A DNA stretch of 58,523 bases from a bacterium (GTDB lineage: Bacteria; Patescibacteriota; Minisyncoccia; Phycocordibacterales; DATDWN01), in NCBI GenBank assembly GCA_037134875.1, contig JBAXLH010000005.1, positions 1 through 58,523 on the forward strand, written 5' to 3'. Position numbers and translations under genes: made by a program. How positions within the stretch are numbered: position 1 is the stretch's first letter; each line of letters begins with the position of its first letter. Under the pieces are notes generated by a model that saw nothing but the letters and a program-made list of their open reading frames with translations, was not told the origin of the DNA and searched no databases. Positions 48,853-57,827 of the stretch are shown piece after piece.

Positions 48853-49950
48853 TCAAATTCTAAACTCAATCACATCCCCATCTTTGACTATGTACTCTTT
48901 ACCTTCCGTACGTACCAAACCTTTCTCACGAGCCTGACCATATGAGCCAGCATTGAGAAGATCAGACCAAAAGACCACCTCTGCTCGAATAAATTTTTCT
49001 TTGAAATCAGTGTGAATTGCCATGCCAGCAACCGGCGCAGTAGATCCTCGCAAAATAGTCCATGCCCGCGACTCATCCTCACCCGTAGTAAAATATGTAA
49101 TCAAATTGAGCAGTGTGTATCCGGAAGTGATGAGACTATTTATTCCATCATCTTTTCCTCCGAGCTCTGTTCGAAACATTTCCTTTTCCTCCCCTTCCAA
49201 ATCTTTTAGCTCCTCCTCGATTTTGGCGTCGACAATCACATACTGAAAATTATTTTGTTTCAAAAACTCCAAAAGTTTTGTAAATCTTTCATCTCCCATT
49301 TCATCCAAATTTCTCCCGCCAGCTTTTTTGTTGAGCGCATACATTATCGGTTTTGCTGTGAGCAGGTGTAAATTTCTAACAATGAGAATTTCTTTTTCAT
49401 CAAAATCGAGTGTGTGTATGAGTTTTCCGCCCTGCAAATGCGATTCTATTTTTTTCAAAACATCATTTTCAAAAATTGCCTCTTTTTTATTTGCTTTGAC
49501 ATCCTTTTGAACACCGCCAAGTCTTTTTGAAACTGTTTCTTGGTCCGCTAGTACAAGCTCGAGGTTGATAACTTCAATATCGGAAACAGGATCAACTTTG
49601 TTGTGTACGTGAATAATATTGTCGTCTTCGAAAATTCTGACAACCTCTACAATCGCATCTACCTCGCGAATATTTTGTAAAAATTTATTTCCGAGACCTT
49701 CACCCTCCGATGCACCTTTGACAAGACCCGCAATATCGACAAATTCCACTACTGCGGGAATGGTTTTTTTGCTTTTTGAAAATTCCGAAAGCTTCCAGAG
49801 TCTTTCGTCTGGAACAGGCACAATTCCCACTGACGGATCAATAGTACAAAATGGGTAATTCTCCGCCGACACTGACTTTTTTGTAAGTGCGTTAAAGAGA
49901 GTCGATTTTCCGACGTTTGGCAGACCTACGATTCCGATGGATAGTGACAT
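48853..49950 (-). CDS. ychF: Ribosome-binding ATPase YchF
   Basis: GIVGLPNVGKST, NYPFCTIDP, DIAGLVKGAS and TGS domain. Confidence 0.97.
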   Translation of the reverse strand: MSLSIGIVGLPNVGKSTLFNALTKKSVSAENYPFCTIDPSVGIVPVPDERLWKLSEFSKSKKTIPAVVEFVDIAGLVKGASEGEGLGNKFLQNIREVDAIVEVVRIFEDDNIIHVHNKVDPVSDIEVINLELVLADQETVSKRLGGVQKDVKANKKEAIFENDVLKKIESHLQGGKLIHTLDFDEKEILIVRNLHLLTAKPIMYALNKKAGGRNLDEMGDERFTKLLEFLKQNNFQYVIVDAKIEEELKDLEGEEKEMFRTELGGKDDGINSLITSGYTLLNLITYFTTGEDESRAWTILRGSTAPVAGMAIHTDFKEKFIRAEVVFWSDLLNAGSYGQAREKGLVRTEGKEYIVKDGDVIEFRI

Positions 49951-49985
49951 AGCTTAAAGATAGCGAAAAAAGTGATGAAAGTAAA

Positions 49986-50477
49986 TCACATCTTGTTTTT
50001 CATTTCGATAGCTCGCTTCACAATATGATCCCCGATTTCTCCCCATTTCACATACTGGTCATACTCTTTGGGATCAATCAGTTTAATTTCTGAAATGTCA
50101 CCGTCCGGATCTGACACAAAATCTCCGTAGGGTTCAACAATACAAAATGACCGAGTTTGTCGTATCGTGCGATCTTTCTCGTATACATCTATATAACCAA
50201 TCAATTCCTGATGGAGAACTTTCATATTTGATTCTTCTTTTACTTCGCGCACTACAGCCTCCTCATACGTTTCTCCTTTTTCTATACCACCGCCCGGAAA
50301 TGTCCAATATCCTTTATCTTGCGCATACACCACAACCAGTTTATCTCCACAAAAACAAAAACCATGTACGGCTTGTAGAATTTTTCCATCTAGCCCTTCT
50401 AGCGGATCAAATCCTTCTCTGTACACATATTCATACATCTGCCCGTCACGACCCTTGAATTGTGATTTGATTTCCAT
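49986..50477 (-). CDS. Nudix hydrolase, paralog of 20005-20505
   Basis: GGGIEKGETYEEAVVREVKEESNM; start at ATG 50477. Confidence 0.88.
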   Translation of the reverse strand: MEIKSQFKGRDGQMYEYVYREGFDPLEGLDGKILQAVHGFCFCGDKLVVVYAQDKGYWTFPGGGIEKGETYEEAVVREVKEESNMKVLHQELIGYIDVYEKDRTIRQTRSFCIVEPYGDFVSDPDGDISEIKLIDPKEYDQYVKWGEIGDHIVKRAIEMKNKM

Positions 50478-50484
50478 ATTAATT

Positions 50485-50616
50485 TTATTGTACCAGAGAT
50501 TTTGGATTTGCTTCTTTTTGATATACAAATGGTTTGATGTTCCCCCACTTTTCCACTATTGGTGTGATGTAGTGCCACTCTGCCAAGATTTCATCTGTGC
50601 TTGTAAAAACAGTATC
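50485..50616 (-). pseudogene. zwf: 3' remnant of glucose-6-phosphate dehydrogenase
   Basis: Hand translation DTVFTSTDEILAEWHYITPIVEKWGNIKPFVYQKEANPKSLVQ* matches the G6PD C-terminal pattern D-x-T-L-F-x-x-x-D-E-V-x-x-x-W-x-x-I-x-P-I-x-x-x-W; no start codon. Confidence 0.65.
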
Positions 50617-50618
50617 AC

Positions 50619-51836
50619 TTACTTTAATACGTTCCAAATGGCCGGATCGGCACCTCCATCAATTTTGAAAATTGAAATTCCTCGAACGCCGAGCTTTTTT
50701 GCCAGAGCAATTTTATCCTTCACTGCCTGTGCGTCACTCCACACGAGCAGTCGAAATGGTGCGGATACCTGTGGAGAAGTCGTCGCTCCACCACTCGAGC
50801 TCGTCACAGCTGACTGACCAAAAAGAGATGTGTCGAGTGAAGGTGTTGTTGTGGCGAGTGTGGTTGATGTTGTCACAAGAGGAGTCGATGTTGGTGTATA
50901 AATAAGATTGAGCTCGCCCGCAACACTTCGTGATGATGCAACACCAAAAGCTGATGCAATACTGAGCGCGTAGTTTGGATTGAATGATGTTTCTCTATCA
51001 TACACATATCCACCCTGGACTGGTGTGACAGTGTATTCGTAGCCGTATGTCGCAACACCGATCGTAATTTTCTTTTTTGATATTGTTTTGGATGCAAGTG
51101 TAATAACCTTTTCCACCCATTTTGGATCAGAGACTGGCACGTACGGACCACTTGAAAGAGCATTGAGTTTCAAATCAACCGTACCTTGATCATATGTCAT
51201 AATACGAACACGATCACAATATTTATTTATCTCAACATAATCATTTGCATATTGAATATCTTTTGGAATCATCACAAAACGTGAGTCAAGCGGAGTGCGC
51301 GCCTCGATTGTACACGAAACAATTTTATTGCCGATTGAATTCCACAACTCTTTCAGAAAAAGTGAAAAATATTTTTTTGTTTCTGCTGATTTTCCCTCGT
51401 AGTCAATATCGACTCCATCAAAATTGTTGCTTTTTACCATTGTCACAATAGCCTGTATATGAGCTTTGCGTTTTGTTGGACTCTTGAGCGTTGCGTATAT
51501 ATTGTCTGCATTGCTCCACATTACTGTTGGAATTATTTTGACTTTGTTTGCCTTTGCAGTCTGAATAAGTGTTGTCCATGGTTCCTGTCCAATATTCATC
51601 GGATCATACAACGTCCCATCGAGCTTGACCGTGTAGCCAAACGGACTAAGTTCTTTAAAAACAGAAATATGATTTATTGCTTCGGCTGTTCCCGTAGCAG
51701 TACGCCAATATGGTATCCAGCCAGAAATTTCTAGCGGAATCACCGCGACTTTTTTTGTTGTCACAGCAGAAACAGTACTCGACATACATACGAGACAGAG
51801 GAGTAAGAAAATTTTTAGGAGAGATGTTGATTTCAT
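50619..51836 (-). CDS. Secreted glycoside hydrolase family 18
   Basis: Signal peptide; intact FDGVDIDYE (DxxDxDxE); IMTYD; S/T-rich insert; start at ATG 51836. Confidence 0.9.
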   Translation of the reverse strand: MKSTSLLKIFLLLCLVCMSSTVSAVTTKKVAVIPLEISGWIPYWRTATGTAEAINHISVFKELSPFGYTVKLDGTLYDPMNIGQEPWTTLIQTAKANKVKIIPTVMWSNADNIYATLKSPTKRKAHIQAIVTMVKSNNFDGVDIDYEGKSAETKKYFSLFLKELWNSIGNKIVSCTIEARTPLDSRFVMIPKDIQYANDYVEINKYCDRVRIMTYDQGTVDLKLNALSSGPYVPVSDPKWVEKVITLASKTISKKKITIGVATYGYEYTVTPVQGGYVYDRETSFNPNYALSIASAFGVASSRSVAGELNLIYTPTSTPLVTTSTTLATTTPSLDTSLFGQSAVTSSSGGATTSPQVSAPFRLLVWSDAQAVKDKIALAKKLGVRGISIFKIDGGADPAIWNVLK

Positions 51837-51845
51837 ATGATTTGA

Positions 51846-52015
51846 ATAAAAGGACAACCTAAAATAATTTTTGGAGACTCCGCAGGCCGTGAGCATGGTC
51901 TTGTCAACGACCGAGCGAAGCGAGGCTCATTGACAAGTTACGGTCGAGGACAGCCGAGAATGCTCGCAGGAGCATTCGAGGTTGCTCCAGAAATTATTTT
52001 AGATTGTCCTTTTAT
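51846..52015. repeat. Palindromic repeat element, copy B
   Basis: 31-bp outer inverted repeat with 2 mismatches (51846-51876 / 51985-52015); core aligns with 26806-26871. Confidence 0.85.
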
Positions 52016-52027
52016 CTATTTAATTTC

Positions 52028-52252
52028 TCACACCAACTTCTTCAAATCCACCTCATACCTTTTCACAACTTCCATAGTAGCAGACATTTGGTCCTTGCCT
52101 TTTTTCATCTCTTCCTGTACTTCAAGACCAATTTTTTGAAATAGTTCTGGATCTTTTTCGAGCATAGCAAACACTTTGTCCTGTTCGGCTTGTGGTACAC
52201 CCTTCATCTGGTTTGATAACATTTTTCGCATTAAGAAATTTTTTATGGACAT
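52028..52252 (-). CDS. Small helical hypothetical protein
   Basis: Clean ORF with a K/E/M-rich helical pattern. Confidence 0.7.
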   Translation of the reverse strand: MSIKNFLMRKMLSNQMKGVPQAEQDKVFAMLEKDPELFQKIGLEVQEEMKKGKDQMSATMEVVKRYEVDLKKLV

Positions 52253-52296
52253 ATATTTATTTACAACTTTTTATTTTTCTATGGTATCATAAATTT

Positions 52297-53097
52297 ATGA
52301 AATGGAGAATCATATTATCACTTTTTGCAGTCCTCGGAATTGTAGGCTGTGGCCTTGTTGGAACTGTCCTATACTATCATTTTGACTGGAGTGACTTGGC
52401 AGATATTTCTTTCTACGAAAATCTTGCAAACCCTTCTATGCGCATAGTCCGTGTACAGGAAGGACTTCGAAAAGAACAGGTTGCAGATGTGCTTGGTAGT
52501 AAGCTCGGATGGGATGATGCAGAAAAAAATCAATTTGTGAATGCACACCTCGCCCTCAATACAACAAACTCAGAAGGATACTACTTCCCAAAGAGCTATA
52601 TCATTCAAAAAGACGAGGGACCAATAACTATTAGTAATTTGATGTTTGATGAATTTCAAAAGCAAACAAGTAAAATCATAAAACCAAAGAAAACAAAAAT
52701 TGTAAACGAAGACACCGCACTCAAGATTGCCTCTATTATACAACGAGAAGCGGCTGGTAAAAATGACATGCGACTTATTTCAGGTATTATTTGGAATCGT
52801 ATTTTCAAAGGTATGAAGCTCCAAATGGATGCCACTTTGCAATATGCCAAAGGAACCGAGAATGATTGGTGGCCACAGGTTGATCCAAAAGACAAACAGA
52901 TTGATTCTCCATACAACACATATATGTATCCATCACTTCCTCCATCTCCTATTGCTAATCCTGGCCTTGCAGCTATCGAGGCAGCATATAATCCCCAACC
53001 AACAAATTGCCTCTTTTATTTACACGATAAAAAAGGACAGATCCATTGCTCGGCAACGTACGAAGGTCACAAAGCAAATATCGCAAGGTATTATTAA
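52297..53097 (+). CDS. mltG: Second MltG-like endolytic transglycosylase
   Basis: TM anchor, EGYYFPKSY, ASIIQRE, LQMDAT, SPYNTY and LPPSPIANPG; start at ATG 52297. Confidence 0.88.
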   Translation: MKWRIILSLFAVLGIVGCGLVGTVLYYHFDWSDLADISFYENLANPSMRIVRVQEGLRKEQVADVLGSKLGWDDAEKNQFVNAHLALNTTNSEGYYFPKSYIIQKDEGPITISNLMFDEFQKQTSKIIKPKKTKIVNEDTALKIASIIQREAAGKNDMRLISGIIWNRIFKGMKLQMDATLQYAKGTENDWWPQVDPKDKQIDSPYNTYMYPSLPPSPIANPGLAAIEAAYNPQPTNCLFYLHDKKGQIHCSATYEGHKANIARYY

Positions 53098-53100
53098 AAT

Positions 53101-53496
53101 CTAGTTAAATGTAATTTCAAATGGGTACATTCCCATTCCACAGGTTCCTCTGAATACTCCGACAGGTTGCGAACCGATATCAATATCTGTTGAGCTTGAT
53201 GATTGAAGAATTTTTGATAGATTCATACTTGGAATTCGAATAGAAGCGGAACAATCAAATGTTCCGTTTGTTGTTACCCGCAAAATAGTTGGAACACCTG
53301 CCTTGGCTACACTTTTTCTCGGAGAATATCCTCCGCGGGCAGTCAGCTCCACAATCTGTGTACCATTCTGGATTGTCACATTGTTTTGTTGCTCGAGATT
53401 TGTATTATTTCCAGTTCCACCAGAGTTTCGCGACAAGAAAACAGCACCAAAAATGAGTAAGAGAGAAATAATAATGGAAATAATGGTGGCTTTCAT
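53101..53496 (-). CDS. Membrane-anchored cupredoxin-domain protein
   Basis: GGYSP, FDCSA and GTCGMGMY. Confidence 0.85.
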   Translation of the reverse strand: MKATIISIIISLLLIFGAVFLSRNSGGTGNNTNLEQQNNVTIQNGTQIVELTARGGYSPRKSVAKAGVPTILRVTTNGTFDCSASIRIPSMNLSKILQSSSSTDIDIGSQPVGVFRGTCGMGMYPFEITFN

Positions 53497-53505
53497 TGAA
53501 GTTTA

Positions 53506-54534
53506 TTAGAAATTAAAAATAGGTGGCAATACATTGATCACAACCAAACTGTTTATTATTGTGAACACCGCAAAAAATATAACAATGAGTCCGGCACTTT
53601 TGAAAAAGATGCCTGCTTTTGAATTGTTTTTGAAACTAAAAGAGCTGAAACTGACGAGAGCAAGAATAGGCAGTGTACCGAGAGCAAACGTAAGCATAGT
53701 TAGTCCCCCATTCCAGAAATTTCCGACCGAGAGTGTATAAATCTGCATTGATTGAGTAAATCCACACGGTAAGAAAAATGTAACCGCACCAACAAGAAAC
53801 GGAGTGAGACTATGATTGAGTTTGGAAATTCCGAGAGCATGCCGAGAAATAAATTTTGGCATACTTGGCTGAATTTTTTTGGTTATATGAAAAACATCAA
53901 GGAGGTTGAGTCCCATAATGAGCATCACAATGCCTACGATAAATCCCAGAATAAATGTCATCGTTCCATTTAGCTGAAATGCAGAGCCAATAACACCGAT
54001 CACTCCACCGAAAATAAAAAAAGAAATGAGTCGTCCGATATGGAACAAGGACTGCGGTTTAAACTTTTCGCCTTCCTTTGCAAATGTTGCAGACATTGAA
54101 AGCAAGAGTCCACCGACGACAGCCATACAGCTCGAAAGAGACGCGACAACACCAATAAGAAAAATAGAACCAAATGACATATGTTTGCCACTCACAATAT
54201 TCACGAGTCCCAGTTTTTGGAGCAATATAAAAATAACAATAAACGCTAGTGCCACAGGAACGGCAATTTTAAAATCTGAAAAATCTTTTTGCGCCACATC
54301 GAATGGATGAGCAGAAAAAGAATATTTTTGTTCATACAACAAAATAGAAAAATCTTCGGCAATCTTTTCGGCAGGAATTCCTTCAAAATCTCCTGTCACA
54401 GTTACAATCTTTGTATCAAAATTAATCTGAACACCCTCGACATACGAAAGATCAGATAATTCCTTTTCTATAAGTAGAGCACAGGATTTGCAATTCATTC
54501 CCTGCACATAAAATTTATATGTAACACTTTTCAT
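53506..54534 (-). CDS. HMA domain + DsbD_2/TauE-like membrane protein
   Basis: GMNCKSC metal-binding motif; SLSSCMAVVGG; FFLPCGFTQ; LGTLP. Confidence 0.85.
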   Translation of the reverse strand: MKSVTYKFYVQGMNCKSCALLIEKELSDLSYVEGVQINFDTKIVTVTGDFEGIPAEKIAEDFSILLYEQKYSFSAHPFDVAQKDFSDFKIAVPVALAFIVIFILLQKLGLVNIVSGKHMSFGSIFLIGVVASLSSCMAVVGGLLLSMSATFAKEGEKFKPQSLFHIGRLISFFIFGGVIGVIGSAFQLNGTMTFILGFIVGIVMLIMGLNLLDVFHITKKIQPSMPKFISRHALGISKLNHSLTPFLVGAVTFFLPCGFTQSMQIYTLSVGNFWNGGLTMLTFALGTLPILALVSFSSFSFKNNSKAGIFFKSAGLIVIFFAVFTIINSLVVINVLPPIFNF

Positions 54535-54795
54535 TTATTTTCTTTTTAATTTATATACCTTGAGAATTTCATCTTTTGTTGTTTTTTCTTTGCCTTTTTT
54601 TATCTGATCAATAACACACGTATCTAAATGTGACTCCATCAAGGAATCCTCTATACTCGAAAGTGCATTTCTTATTGCTGATGTTTGGGTAATCACATCA
54701 ATACAATATTTTTTCTTTTCTATCATTTCTCTTACTCCTCTCACCTGACCTTCTATAATATGTAATCTTTTTAATAATTTTTCCTGTGTTGTCAT
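54535..54795 (-). CDS. csoR: Copper-sensing repressor, CsoR family
   Basis: RLHIIEGQVRG, YCIDV and SHLDTC (Cys-His-Cys ligands intact). Confidence 0.92.
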   Translation of the reverse strand: MTTQEKLLKRLHIIEGQVRGVREMIEKKKYCIDVITQTSAIRNALSSIEDSLMESHLDTCVIDQIKKGKEKTTKDEILKVYKLKRK

Positions 54796-54834
54796 AATAT
54801 GTAATTATAATATAAAACCCTATATAAAAATAAT

Positions 54835-54868
54835 GGCGCTAGGGACGATCTCTTTTGTCCCTAGCGCC
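54835..54868 (-). terminator. 12-bp perfect hairpin in the csoR leader
   Basis: ggcgctagggac / gtccctagcgcc followed on the minus strand by attattttt. Confidence 0.7.
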
Positions 54869-54872
54869 CGGC

Positions 54873-54932
54873 CTAACAGCCGTTCTGACAGTGAGCAACC
54901 GCTCGCAACATCCAGCGACGTCGAATGTACAT
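54873..54932 (-). CDS. 19-aa CxxxC leader peptide MYIRRRWMLRAVAHCQNGC (not in the ORF track)
   Basis: AAAGGAG SD 9 nt upstream of ATG; directly downstream of the CsoR-operator promoter. Confidence 0.6.
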   Translation of the reverse strand: MYIRRRWMLRAVAHCQNGC

Positions 54933-54956
54933 ATGCTTGCTCTCCTTTCTGTAATT

Positions 54957-54985
54957 ACTATATACCCCTAGGGGGTATATGTCAA
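54957..54985 (-). promoter_or_regulatory. Sigma70 promoter with a CsoR-type operator in the spacer
   Basis: TTGACA-17 nt-TATAGT; palindrome ATATACCCC-TAG-GGGGTATAT at 54960-54980. Confidence 0.9.
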
Positions 54986-55377
54986 AACAACTTATCCACA
55001 ATTTTTTCTAGCTTGAGAGAAAGATACCCAAGAAGTCCGAGCTGGATTGTGGGAGTAAGTCCAGTGCCGAGAAATGGAAGAATCGGCATATACGAGTTAT
55101 ACACCCACATCCCCGTAGCAAGTGCAAACCATTCAATGAAAATTGATATGAGTATACCAACAAAAATAATTATCCAGCTGTGTTTTTGAAAAAAAGATTG
55201 TTTTAAAAACAACACTGACAGTATTGTAATAATGAGAGCATCAATCAGACTTGCTTCAAATAGGACCAGAAAGGTGATATCACCTCCCATATAGTGCGCA
55301 TATAAAAACGAGTGAAAATATTCCCAGACAAGATTGAGAATAAAAGAAATTACAAAAATAGATAAAAATTTTTTCAT
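54982..55377 (-). CDS. Small multi-pass membrane protein
   Basis: Four hydrophobic helices, NLVWEY and IEWFAL...WVY; start at ATG 55377. Confidence 0.7.
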   Translation of the reverse strand: MKKFLSIFVISFILNLVWEYFHSFLYAHYMGGDITFLVLFEASLIDALIITILSVLFLKQSFFQKHSWIIIFVGILISIFIEWFALATGMWVYNSYMPILPFLGTGLTPTIQLGLLGYLSLKLEKIVDKLF

Positions 55378-55445
55378 ACAATAATAGTAGCATATTAAAA
55401 TCGCCTTTCGTTTCCTACTCAGCGATTTATTAGAAATATGCCACC

Positions 55446-55718
55446 TCAATTAATATGAATAGGAACTCTGGCCGTGACAAACTCAGCCACGATCACAGTT
55501 TCTTTTCCGTCACCACTTTTTCCACCTACCAACAAGCCTTCCACGTGTCCGTAGACGACGACTTCCGACTGTCCGTCCGAGAGACGCACAGTACCGAAAT
55601 GAACGACGTCCGGCACATGTCCAGTAAGCCAAAACTTGATGCGGGTGATTGCTCCATCCCACAAAATTTCCTCTCCGACGGGAGTGAAAGTTTGGTTATC
55701 CGCAATGATTAGGTGCAT
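55446..55718 (-). CDS. Small hypothetical protein, visibly GC-rich
   Basis: GAGAGG SD before ATG 55718. Confidence 0.5.
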   Translation of the reverse strand: MHLIIADNQTFTPVGEEILWDGAITRIKFWLTGHVPDVVHFGTVRLSDGQSEVVVYGHVEGLLVGGKSGDGKETVIVAEFVTARVPIHIN

Positions 55719-55780
55719 GGTAACCTCTCTCGACTCATTATACATTAAACACTACAATCAACTAACTTTCTGTGGATATC

Positions 55781-57742
55781 TTATTTCACAGAATCATATG
55801 TGTGTTTATTTATTTTTAAATTATATATTTTGAACACGTTGAATATTGGGAGAAAATCTGTGAGAAAGTTAAAGACTGATGCGCCCACTGGACCAACAAA
55901 CCCTCCAAAGGCCAGAAAGAGGCCTACTCCATTTGTAATTGCCCAAATAACAAAATTTTGTCGAACAATAGAGAGAACTTCTTTACTCAAATAAATTGAC
56001 TCCGGTACTCTGCGCAAATCATCGTGAATGAGTGTAATATCAGACGCTTCAATAGACGCATCAGCGCCTGTTCCTCCCATCGAGAAACTCACATCAGCGA
56101 GAGCAAGTGATGCCGCATCGTTGACACCATCTCCCATCATCGCAATAGCGCCGTGTTTTCTTTTTAATTTTTTGATGTGCTCAAGTTTCTCGGCCGGTTT
56201 CAAGTTTGCATAAAATTCATTGATACCAGTTTCTCTCGCAACACGAGACGCAACCTGCTCATTGTCTCCGGTCAGCATTATCCAATCTTTAACCCCAAGT
56301 GTTTTTGTCTCAGCAATGGCATCGTGTGCATATTTTTTTACTTCGTCCGCAAGTACAAAAAATCCTGCGAGTTTTCCGTCAATTGCAACAGCCGTAATAC
56401 TCGCACCATTTTGTTTTTCCTCCGAAATTTGTTTTGTAACTTCGTGAGAAATCATAACTCCCTTTTGTTCCAAAAACGAAACTCGGCCGTGTAGATATTC
56501 GTGTCCTCCGTGTTTTGCATAGACACCGTCACCTGGATATTCCATTACTTCATCAGGTGAATGGACTTTGACTCCATTTTTTTCGGCATATTGCACAACC
56601 GCTTTTGACATTGGATGTTTTGAATCTATCGAACATATCGCACCGGCGATTACAAATTCGTTTTCAGGTCTTCCGTCCACTGAAACCGCTTTTGAAACTG
56701 CAAACACACCTTTTGTCAGTGTACCCGTTTTGTCCGTAACAAAAATTCGGATATCTTTGAGTCGTTCCATCACCGCCGCACCTTTGACAATAATGCCGTG
56801 TTTGGCAGCTTTTGATATGGCTACCGTAAACCCGAGAGGAATTGCCACCGCAAGATCATCTGCGCAGGTCACAAGCAAAATGCTGAGCACAAGATTTAGA
56901 TTCCTCGTGACAATATAAATAACAAAAACTCCCACAAGTGAGATGAGAATGTACCATGCACTAAATTTGTTTGCCAACGTTTCTGTTTTTGTTTTTGCGC
57001 GACTTGCCTCGTCCACGAGTGCAATCATTTTTGAAAGTGTTGTGTCTTCGCCAACTTTTTCTGCACGAACAAAGAGTGAGCCAGACAAACAGAGTGTAGA
57101 ACTAAGCACCTGACTACCCGGAGTCTTGCTCAGTGGTTTACTTTCGCCAGTGAGAGATGATTCGTCCACCATTGCCTGACCCTTTACAACACTGCCATCA
57201 ATAGGTATCCTGTCGCCCGATTCCACCACAACAACATCACCGACAACAACTTCCTCTAATGTTTTTTCTTTTGTATATTCACCATCCTGAACTCTCACAG
57301 AAACTGGCCGTAGTTTGAGTAGGCTGGAAATAATATGCTCTGTGCGTCTCTCTGTAAATGCTTCAAAAAGTCTCGCCGAGGAAAGCATAAGATTTATAAA
57401 CACAGCTGATACCCATTCGCCCTGAATAATGGTGAACGCAAGTGCAATACTCGCGAGAAGATCTATTGTAATACTCTTTTTTACGAGAGCCCTCACAGCG
57501 CTCCAGACAACAGGAGCAATACCGAGAATAGACACGACGACAATAGATATATTTGAAATCTGCCCCGCAAGTGATGAAAATGAAAACAAATGTAAAACAC
57601 CGAGCCCGTGATAGACGAGTGTAATAAAGAGCAACGCAATGAGACCTTCATTAAAATAAATCTGACGTGTAATCGCTTTGTCATTTTCCTCGGCTTTGAT
57701 CACGACACTTTTTGCCTTTCCTACTGTTTTAATTTTTTCCAT
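55781..57742 (-). CDS. Heavy-metal P1B-type ATPase with a non-canonical CAD transmembrane motif
   Basis: TGES, DKTGT, HP, TGDN and GDGVND motifs; CADDL where CPC is expected; no N-terminal HMA domain. Confidence 0.93.
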   Translation of the reverse strand: MEKIKTVGKAKSVVIKAEENDKAITRQIYFNEGLIALLFITLVYHGLGVLHLFSFSSLAGQISNISIVVVSILGIAPVVWSAVRALVKKSITIDLLASIALAFTIIQGEWVSAVFINLMLSSARLFEAFTERRTEHIISSLLKLRPVSVRVQDGEYTKEKTLEEVVVGDVVVVESGDRIPIDGSVVKGQAMVDESSLTGESKPLSKTPGSQVLSSTLCLSGSLFVRAEKVGEDTTLSKMIALVDEASRAKTKTETLANKFSAWYILISLVGVFVIYIVTRNLNLVLSILLVTCADDLAVAIPLGFTVAISKAAKHGIIVKGAAVMERLKDIRIFVTDKTGTLTKGVFAVSKAVSVDGRPENEFVIAGAICSIDSKHPMSKAVVQYAEKNGVKVHSPDEVMEYPGDGVYAKHGGHEYLHGRVSFLEQKGVMISHEVTKQISEEKQNGASITAVAIDGKLAGFFVLADEVKKYAHDAIAETKTLGVKDWIMLTGDNEQVASRVARETGINEFYANLKPAEKLEHIKKLKRKHGAIAMMGDGVNDAASLALADVSFSMGGTGADASIEASDITLIHDDLRRVPESIYLSKEVLSIVRQNFVIWAITNGVGLFLAFGGFVGPVGASVFNFLTDFLPIFNVFKIYNLKINKHTYDSVK

Positions 57743-57796
57743 ACATATATTTTACACTATTTGTTTTTTAAAATCTTTTAAACAATTTTATACGAA

Positions 57797-57820
57797 AAAC
57801 CGGACACCGAAGTGCCCGAT
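57797..57820 (-). terminator. UUCG-loop intrinsic terminator
   Basis: cgggcac-ttcg-gtgtccg followed by gttttt. Confidence 0.75.
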
Positions 57821-57827
57821 TAGACAT

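Noticed and set aside
16806-54999. Replication origin from DnaA boxes (TTATCCACA at about 16807, 18684 and 54991)
   Set aside because: The boxes are isolated rather than clustered, with no dnaA/dnaN nearby.
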